Part shown: positions 12,993-38,258 of the stretch, one piece after another
Layout: the number at the start of each line of letters is the position of its first letter
Position numbering within the stretch: position 1 is the stretch's first letter
The notes under the pieces: generated by a model
Seen by the model: the letters and a program-made list of their open reading frames with translations, nothing else
What the model was told of the DNA's origin: nothing
The model's database searches: none
Position numbers and translations under genes: made by a program
NCBI GenBank assembly: GCA_038496445.1
Contig: JALMLS010000064.1
Span: forward strand, 434,001 to 498,000
Reading direction: 5' to 3'
Length of the DNA stretch: 64,000 nucleotides
Origin: Trichosphaerium sp. ATCC 40318
Taxonomy: Eukaryota; Protista; Tubulinea

Positions 12993-13480
12993 GTATTCAC
13001 AGTAGGTGCTGAATAACAAAAGTCTTGATTCCATTGACCTACATTGAATAAGCCACATAGAATTATTTAAGCGCCCATAGGTGCATTGCCCTTTGTCTCA
13101 AAGAACCCACAATAGATTAATAAAATCGTAAATAAATTTCGTTGCACAGCATAGTTAGAATTTGTCCATTTTTTGAAATGCATTTTGTGCTTTTGTTGCA
13201 ACAACTACTCTTTGAAATCTAAAAATTAATACTTTTACAGTGGTAGACTTTTTAACACTTACAAGATCATTATATTTACATCATTACACAATAACACTTT
13301 TTAGAATGCACCTCTTGAAAGTTTTTGCTATCTGACCGCAACAGATGGTTAAGTTCAACCGCATTTGGCTCAACTATGCGGAAGACGAAGATAAGCTAAT
13401 TGTCCAAACTAATTTGACACGTTGAAGTTGCAATTGTATTTATTCAAATGTACTACACTATTGATGGATGTATGAGCTGC

Positions 13481-13894
13481 CTAGGTAAACATGTCTTCCA
13501 ATAAGTCTTTTTCGAATGGGGCCATGTTTCTAGACGCTTCAATCCCGGTGCCGCCAGGAGCTATGTTGAAAGTGCCAGAATGATACCCAAACACTCTGTT
13601 TGAGCCAATACTCCATCCACTAACATGAGCTGGATTCGTGTTCAGTGGGATCCAACCTTGCGTTTGTGCATACGTGAAGAGCTTGTCGTGCTCAGATCGT
13701 TGAGTGCCATCGTCGAAACTGCCACCCTTTGCGACTATTGCTTTTGTGCTGTTTGTAGTGTACACTAGCAAACAAGTGTATCCGGTTGTGCTTCTTGGTG
13801 GTGTATGTGATGTGTTGCCATCCACCAGAATTTCGTAGTTAGTTGATATTTGCCCTCCGAGCGCTGCCTTGAGTGTTGTCTCGTTTTTTCCCAT
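13481..13894 (-). CDS. Intronless 137-aa protein of unknown function, weakly resembling bacterial polymorphic-toxin C-terminal domains
   Basis: Clean ATG..TAG ORF with a CAA-rich leader, CACGTG at 14008-14013 upstream and AATAAA about 40 nt after the stop. Pattern H..L...GWSI......HSGTFN. Confidence 0.7.
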   Translation of the reverse strand: MGKNETTLKAALGGQISTNYEILVDGNTSHTPPRSTTGYTCLLVYTTNSTKAIVAKGGSFDDGTQRSEHDKLFTYAQTQGWIPLNTNPAHVSGWSIGSNRVFGYHSGTFNIAPGGTGIEASRNMAPFEKDLLEDMFT

Positions 13895-14159
13895 GTTTGG
13901 TTTTAGAGTCGTAGATAAGTTGTTGTTGTTGTGTTGGTTGTAGATTATGATTCTGTTTGGATAAGTAACGAATCACAACTTTTGTAGTATTTGCTCCATT
14001 TTTTTATCACGTGTTATGATATCACCGTAACGATGTTTGACTCACAATACAAACGTCACTAAACATTTGCTGCATAAGTTGTACCTTCTGAGAGACGCAG
14101 GCCGAGTACGTCGGGTAAAATCCGATTTCAACAAACTTGTTGATAACGTCATAGTTGTT

Positions 14160-14393
14160 TCAATGAAAGCGCTGGTTCCTAGTGATTAATCGCGTCATTG
14201 CGCTTACAGTCTCAAGTACTTCGATTACATTGGCTTCTAGGTTGAGCACGTGAGTAACTAGCCAGTCCTTGCAGTAGGCGCAATCAATAAAGCATTTACA
14301 GAAGTTTTTACCATAAGCGTTCGCAGTTCGGTTATCTGCACCCTGTGGGATACCTTGGCACTGTTGTTGTAGCTTACACGTAGTGCAGCTCAT
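14160..14393 (-). CDS. Possible small Cys-rich (Zn-binding?) ORF or remnant of a longer decayed ORF
   Basis: MSCTTC.....C...FCKCFIDCAYC. The same frame continues upstream to ~14600 through two stop codons. No homology recognised. Confidence 0.3.
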   Translation of the reverse strand: MSCTTCKLQQQCQGIPQGADNRTANAYGKNFCKCFIDCAYCKDWLVTHVLNLEANVIEVLETVSAMTRLITRNQRFH

Positions 14394-14886
14394 GGCAATT
14401 GCTACAACGAGCTAAGATTTATCTCCAAATCCAGTCCAAAGGTGGTAGTTTAACGCTATATCTGGCTCAGGTCCCTGAACGTTTCCCCTTATATTGGTAT
14501 AGAGCATATTAAAATTATGAATGGAGCTTTTTTAAGATGTCGGGCACTCAGAAAAGAAACGTTCTTGTAGTCCTTCAATAAAACTAGGACCCTTTATCAC
14601 TATCCTGTTGCCTATAACTTGTGAGGTAGTGAATTTACCTCAATAACGCGTGATCACGTGTATTCATTTTGCAAAGAACTTTTTCTACTACAACATCAAA
14701 TTCGTATGTCTTCGTACTGTATTTGTCCACAAAAAACACAAAGCTTATTAATCAAACTTTTATACACATGAACCCATGGGGTTTTTTAGTTTACACAAAT
14801 ACACGTATTACTAAGTATCATGTACACCCAAAAAAACCCCCCTGAGCTTCAAACTTTTTCTTTTGACAATTATTTTGAGCACATTG

Positions 14887-18443
<3,557 letters not shown>

Positions 18444-18696
18444 TACCAATGCCAATAAACTGTTTGGAGGTCAAATGTATTTAAATAAATTCTCATTTTG
18501 CGCAAAAAAATCGTTCAGTTCGCTAGTTAACCAATAAATTAATAATGCAATTCAATTAGCGCCTTTATATATATTACAGCGCATATTATTGACTTTATAA
18601 ACACATGTCAAAAAAAATACATGGCAAATTGTTTGGGGGAAGTGTCAAGGTTTTCATCTTTTTTGGCTTTGAAAGGCAAACAAAAAAGCGAGATTG

Positions 18697-19386
18697 TTAG
18701 TTTGCAGGTGGAGGCCATACAGGTTGTGTGACGCCACCAGGTTCGTTCCATTCTGGTCTCCATCCGTTACCAACAGGAGCTACATTACGTTAACAACAAA
18801 AGGCACAAAAAAACAAATATCAAAAAATGACGTACCTCCACCACCAATGGTAACAACGCCAGCGGTTTTACCCTGTTTGAAGGCCTTTTGTCTTTGAAAG
18901 TAGTACACTGGGAATAACGCAGTACCTACAAGAAAGAATTAGCTCTTTTTTTTTTATGTAGGATTATAACGTACCTATTAGAGAAAGTAGGAGCGTATAT
19001 GTAATTGCTGGGTAGTGGAACCACATTGTTTTTATATGCAATACTCTCCAGCCAATGCGGGTCATCAAAGGCATGCGCAACCAATGGTAAGCGGAAACAT
19101 GGTGTGGTTTGCCAGTTAATCGTTTGTCTAGAGTCATACTGACGAAAGGATCGAAGTATGGTCTCCAACTGGACTTGGAACCCTCGAATTTGCCAATAAG
19201 CTTAATTGATCTACCCTTCTCGTATTCCCTAAATTCAAGCGGTGGGTTCTTTGTTTCGCTCATACTCTGATAATCGTGTTGCATATTAGGGTGTGTCATC
19301 ACTTGAGGATGATCCAGGCCCTGCGTGAGCCCTTTTCCACTCGGGCCACCCAGACCGCCAAAAAATGGGCTATGTTGCTTACTCAT
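18697..19386 (-). CDS. Hypothetical single-TM protein, 3 exons
   Basis: Spliced product MSKQHSPFFGG...YPAITYTLLLSLIGTALFPVYYFQRQKAFKQG...WRPEWNEPGGVTQPVWPPPAN* with consistent GT-AG phases. Confidence 0.7.
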
Positions 19387-19484
19387 GGCTTTTAATTACT
19401 CTATAACAGGCGTAGAGTTGAACGTTGGTATTTTCTGGTCAAACGGGCTGAAAAAAAAAACCAAATAGGGTTCAGTTAGCTGTA

Positions 19485-21315
19485 ATGTCAGCGCATCAAG
19501 CGTTAGTAAGTTTTAAAGCCACATGCGATAGCGCGTCGTACCTACAAAAATTGGCATGTATTGTGGGAGGGGCACTCATCGTTTTCGGTGGCGTTGGTTG
19601 TTACTACCTACGCAAGTATTTGATGTTACATGCTATTCCAAACTATAAAGAGCTCACCTATCCTGAAAATGTGACAAACAAAGCGTTAAAGGTTAGGTTT
19701 ATAAACCTAGATGGTGTACGTTCATTAAAACGCGTTTATAAATGACACAACTGACACGCGTATTGTAGGCAATGCCACTACAAAAGAAACTAGTGGAGAA
19801 GTATAAACCAGAGATACTTGACCTCAAGGCTCTAGGCCCAGCACTACGGTTCGTAATTTATAAATCGAGATTTGGCGTTAACTGACAATTTTATAGAATG
19901 GACTGCTGGTTCCACCAATTTGATAAATTCGAGCAGGAATTAACAAAACAAACAGGTTCAGACGTACGCAAAGTGTTAATAATAAACAGCAAAGCTGACA
20001 TGATCAAAGCATGACGTAGTAAAGCCTGGAGAGCCATTGATTACATTCTACGGGTCAAACGACTATCATCATTTGACACTTGGTATATTTAGGCGTATTC
20101 GCACTAAAGTTAACCTTATCATGTTTGTACGTAACTCTAGACGTTGAATTGTAGTAGTTTAACGCATATATAGGATAATCACCCTGATTACATACAATAC
20201 TATCCTACTGGTCTACATTGTGGCTGTTGGCTTGCTCACGCTGCTTCTTTTCCTAATGTAAATCGCTGTTGGCATCTAGGCGGTTACTCAGGTTAGATAT
20301 AAGCGTTTTTTCGCTCGAAAATACAGAAGGCTAATTTTTTATTTTAAAGGCGAGTTTGAGGACCAAACTTTACGTTGGTGTACACCGTGGTCTATGATGA
20401 AAGACAATAAGATGATGTACGTAGTGACCTTTTGGTCTTCTTCATTTTGGTATTTTTAGCAGCATCACGTGACACTTTTTTTTTTTCGGTTTAGGGTTCA
20501 CGCTGCTCAAGAAGATTTTAAAGGCATGAGATGGAACGAAGTAGATCAAGGGCCACTAAGGAAAAACAGGTTAGTTACAATCCTCTAGTTTGTGTTTAAA
20601 AAAATTCGTAATATTTTGTCACTACTAATGAGACTGTTATAGGCTTCTTCTAGTTACTGAGAAGCGTGTGCGGGAGCTGTTTGAACCATATAAAGAAGAG
20701 CTTGCGAAATATCCACTGTACATTACTTTAGATAAAGATTGTATGGAACGTCGTGTTGCATTACAAAACTGGAACTCAGGTAAACTGAAGTAGTACCTTC
20801 TTTTTTTTTTTTACTTAACAATTGAAACGTTTAGGTGTTCTTCTTCGTGACGAAGTTGCTATTATTATAAAAGTATTGATAGAAATGTCCAGAGGAAGAT
20901 TATATGCCATGGACGTTACAGGCGATTTTTCACCTGTGAAAATAAAGGTACACGTGCACTCAAGCCTTTGTTGTGGTCACTTTCTTTTGTAAATACTAAA
21001 TATCTTTCTTTTATTAGGGTGTTTACAGGCATTTCCTACACATGTCGCAACACTGTCACTCAGAAAATAATATAGACCCTAAAAAGGCGACAGTAGTTAA
21101 CGAACTTACTAACAGGTTTTTACTGAGGTAACATACTAATTATAAAACTTTTCATTATTTTTTTGAACATAAATTCTTGCTTTGGTTTTTGCTTATTGTC
21201 AATTATTCTGGTCTTAGTATTTTGAATTCAAATAAAATATGGTTTTTACTTATTTAACCATAGGGAAATATCAAAGACGCTAGGCATTGCTAATCTACAA
21301 GATCCGCAACCTTAG
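19485..21315 (+). CDS. Arginase/ureohydrolase-superfamily protein of the bacterial 'GSGDFHH' type, with an N-terminal TM anchor; multi-exon
   Basis: VRFINLDG, ITFYGSNDYHHLT, LIMFDNHPD, CGCWLAH, PLYITLDKDC, QNWNSG, MDVTGDFS. Confidence 0.8.
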
Positions 21316-21475
21316 AAAGAACCTGTTATCAAACAAATAAAACCACAATACCACTCACAATACTTAATTCTGCTAGTAAGTAAGCCTATATAATTATACA
21401 ACAGAGTGAATTAGTAGCAGTCGTTGGAAATGTGTACTGAAAAACACAATGCCCTCCTGGTTATTTATTTGATTC

Positions 21476-21801
21476 TTAAAGCTGCGAAACATAGGTATAT
21501 TCTAACTTGTCCGTTGCTTCTGTTATTCTAGGTAACCAATCCTTGAAGGCTGGTCTATTATGAACATATCCATCTAATTGGACCTGTATTGGTACTGGTC
21601 TCTTGGGCTTTTGTTGAAATAACTGATTTTCTGAGATACGTGAGCATCACATGATAGTTCAAACACGGAGTACATACCGTGCCATTCCAAATTCACTTAA
21701 AAACGTTTTGATGCCATTGAAACAACAATGTAAAATCACCCTCCTTATTTTTCATACAGCTCTTCTAGAGATCCATTCGCAATAAACTCCAATACTGACA
21801 T
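21476..21801 (-). pseudogene. Collapsed TKL-type protein kinase relic
   Basis: Fragments in order VLEFIANGSLEEL (subdomain V), SEFGMAR (DFG-like), TNTGPIRW (VIII), RPAFKD (XI) within ~330 bp. HRD and most intervening sequence are missing and there are in-frame stops. Confidence 0.7.
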
Positions 21802-21882
21802 TGGTTTTCCATTAGACGAAGATTGATTTTTGACTTACATTTTATTTATTGTACAATTTGTTTTTCTTTTTATACTTTTCAC

Positions 21883-34621
<12,739 letters not shown>

Positions 34622-35110
34622 TTTACGCTACTGTACAACGTTGATGAAAAAGGTCGTGCAGCGCTAGCGCGTGTGGTGGCCAACGAAAGCGTTTGAATAA
34701 AGCAGACGAAAGAAAAGAAAAACAAACTGAATTTTCCTTAAGGCCGAAAAAACACTGCAAGCTGTTAGTATCAAATTGGCGGTTAATGCTACATGAACTA
34801 AATGATCTTTTGTTTTATTTGGCATGATGGCTTTTGAATTTGACTTGGAGACACTTACAAACCATTTTCTTTCTCTACAACGCTCCGAAATACGTGTTTT
34901 TCTTAAAGGCTGTCTTCATTTGTGACCAAAGATCATTTTTCAAAATTAAAATTCTTCATCACGTGATACAACATCTGCTAATGTAGACCGGAGCTACTTT
35001 GTCCGGTTTTGTAGAGTCAGTACACTGGATTTTCCCACTTTTTTAAAATCCTTTTTGGGGAACTGATCACCGATGTTGTGATCCCATTCTCAGCTTACGT
35101 TTTAACTTTA

Positions 35111-37103
35111 TCAGTATTTGTTGACTTCTAACGTTTCAGAATGCATAGCATTTATCTTACGATTAAAATGACCTATTCAAAAAAAATAGCAAGTTGTAAG
35201 CAACATAACTGAAGTATTACATCCACAATTTGTACCTAGCATAGCCATGTCTTCTGTACTTTCAGTTAAGGATATAAGCGGTGGAACATCAATATCAAAG
35301 TTAAACACGATATCCGGCCTGCAACAGCGCGTGTTAGGAAAAAAAAAAGTAAAGAATTTACACGTGCTTGTAATATTTAATCGTTGCAGCAAGACTTGCT
35401 TCATCGCCAGTCTTCCACCAAAAGGGGATAGGTACGAGTACGATACCTGTAGTATATATTATAAGAAGGACTACAATGTGAACCTTCGTACCATGTCTCA
35501 AGCAACGTTGTTGTTTCTCGTTGTCTTTGGCTTCTGTCAACTTGACTTGACCAAATATAGACATGTTATCGGCGTAATGTTGTTCTCCTTGGTATTCCAA
35601 TGCAATACCAGCTCCAGCAATATAAACATCCAAAATAATAACCTGGCCACTACTAAACTGAACTCCAGGCTTATACTCCTCTTTGACTTGAAATTTTGGG
35701 AAAATACGTTTAGCACAATCAACAAGAGCCCTATGATATTAAACGTGTTAGCAATCGATTCCATAAACAAACGAAACGTTAGCATAGGGTACCTTTGCTC
35801 CTTCCTTGCACCTTCGTCAATCTCCTTTAGGTGCGGATAAAGGAGCTCGTAAGGTCTTGAAAATGAACCCAATATCCCTATCCCTCCCAATGAAGTGAGT
35901 TGTTTCTGAGATACTCTTGTCCAGTCGCTTGGCGTTTTAATATTTAGTAAGGGTTCAGCGTATTTCAAAAATGCCTTAACATTCTCTCCGTCCTTCCAAT
36001 AACTTTGAGGCACGGAACCTACCATAGAGTCAGAGTCACAGCTAATTAATGATGTCAGTACGGAATTTCCAGACAATCCAAGGGTAGTCAGGGTAAGAGC
36101 CTACAACCAAGTGATAAAGTGAATTTTTGTTAAGTCTAAAGAAGTATTAAACATACTGTGTTCAAAGGAGAAAAACAAAAAAGACAATTACGATAGGAAT
36201 CCTGAAGCACCAAGATCCCTCATCTCATTCGAATTAACCCTATACCAATCATCCATTGTTTTAACACCCATTTCTTTCCCTAACTGATCGAATGAGTATA
36301 GTTTAAGCTAATAATTATAAGTTCTACTTACACAATCCATATACCAATGATGATTACGTTGCTGCTTCCAGAAGCCAACAGAAGCTTTAACAATAAGTCC
36401 AATGCTAAATTTTACCACAACTTACGAAAAATCCAAGGAAACCATGTATACTCTGGATAGGCACGTTCTACCAAATTATAAACCGAATTCTTGTTGTGCC
36501 TTTTGCAACACAAAGTTAACGATAAAACAACACTCATTGAACGGAACACGTGCGTGTTCATGTGCACATACTTTAGAATTGCAGCTCCGCCATACAGTCT
36601 AATTTTTTTTGCTGATACATTGTACCAATCATCTAGCACACAAACACCTAATTGCTTGCCAAGCTAGACATCGTTTTTAGTGAAACGTTATTTTGGAAAG
36701 TAACTTGTAGCCAAATGCGTACGTTATCAACGTGTTCTAAAAGCGTGGACCTTGTACTGAGTATTCTGGGAGAGTATGCGCTCAAGAAACGGTGGCTAAT
36801 CCATTTTTCTTTTGGATAAAATTTAGACAGTATTTCGTTTAGAGAATACCCGTAGCGTCTATTTGCGTCAATATTCGAGCGTATGAACGCACTTACACTA
36901 GAAGTGGCTTGCCACCTGCTCGTATAATGTCACCATTGCGTATAGAGTACCAATCATTTGGTTTCTTTACTTTCAAGACAACTGCTAACTATTTTCGTTT
37001 GAAACAGCGTTTATTTAATAATTACCTGCTCTAAAAACTCCTTCTGGCGTTTTGGTTTATCCCAGAATCCTTTGTACTGTTTTATCTTTACCACAGCACT
37101 CAT
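35111..37103 (-). CDS. Protein with four ~75-80-aa Trp-rich helical repeats and a C-terminal PD-(D/E)XK-like (DUF559/RAP-like) nuclease domain
   Basis: Repeats GFWDKPKRQKEFL..PNDWYSI, ..LDDWYNVS, GFWKQQRNHHWYMD..MDDWYRV, SYWKDGENVKAFL..PSDWTRV; then LDVYIAGAGIALEYQGEQHY..KDNEKQQRC..LVPIPFWW. Confidence 0.8.
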
Positions 37104-37498
37104 TGTAAGCCATATTTATAATTACTTTATTTGACTTCGTTCATTTTTGGGTTGTCACAAAATCATTGACCACGTGACTTTAAACTGTAGCCTTACTCGC
37201 AATGATGCGTATATAGTAGTTTTTCCATTTATTTACAAAAATTTCTCGTTGGTATTGCCACAGCAAACCTTTTGGTTTTAGGTAATGTGCATTTTTTTAA
37301 ATCGTGAATTTATATCATACTGTGCCTTACGACATAACATGTGCCTGAACTTTACCTTGTCCATTTGGATCTTGTGGTTCTTCAATCCCGTCGCTACCAC
37401 CAGCTTACTCTGCACTTATCTAACCATCTCGTCCTCTAAACTGTCTACGCTGCAACTTTTTTTTTCAATGTAATTCTGACTTATCTAGTACTCTGGTC

Positions 37499-38143
37499 TC
37501 ACATGTTGCCCTTTGTTTCCCATCTTTGCTTCTCAGCGAAGCCCCACTTTAGTTTTTTACGCTTGAAACTGTTTTGACTCTTCCGTTTATCCTCTTCAAC
37601 TTGATCAACTCTCGAAATTGCAATTTTCATCTTTCTGAGCTCTTCCTGATGTATCAATTCATCTGAAAGAGCTTTGGCAAGCTTCAAATCACCCTCTGCA
37701 AGAGCTTCGTCAATTAGTTTTTGCTCTTCAGTCTAGTTTAAAGTCAAATAACGTCCCACATCTCAAAAAAGTCGATTTGTTCATACCTTATTGATGTCAA
37801 ACGGCAGCGGTTTAAATTTATCTTCTATGGTGTACTGCTCTTTAACCTGTGCAATGAGCCGCTGTGCATTTTTCTTCTTTTCACGCTCTTCAACAGTTTT
37901 TTTCAATTTCTGTACGTAATCGTCTTTTTTTGAAGGTGTTTTGCGTCGAGGTTTCGTTGTTGCGCGTTTTCGTAGTTTTGAAGAGAATTTGTTTCTGTCC
38001 ATCTCTAATAATGCGAACTTACGCCGTTTCGCTTCAAGTATATCGTTCTTAGATGGTTTAGCAGCATTTTTTGTCTTTTTTTGCGCATGAGGCATTTTAT
38101 GCTTTATTAGAGCGTCATTTTCGCTTTTGGCATTGGTGGACAT
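37499..38143 (-). CDS. FAM204A-like basic nuclear protein; 2 exons, start at 38143 or 38095
   Basis: IDEALAEGDLKLAKALSDEL...KRKKLKWGFAEKQRWETKGNM matches the remembered FAM204A C-terminal signature KKLxWGFExKKRWETKSNM. Confidence 0.8.
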
Positions 38144-38258
38144 TCTCTGGTATAGCTTTTGCAATGCACAGTCTCGCGCAGTCTTCAAATGTTCAACAAA
38201 ACACCAACGGTACCACTTGAGGCATTGCTCGTTATCTAAGTACTTTTCCGCCCATACC

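Noticed and set aside
14622-14642. TGAGGTA/TACCTCA hairpin at the island's right edge as a Helitron terminus
   Set aside because: AT-rich 7-bp stem, no properly spaced CTRR end and no Rep/helicase remnant.
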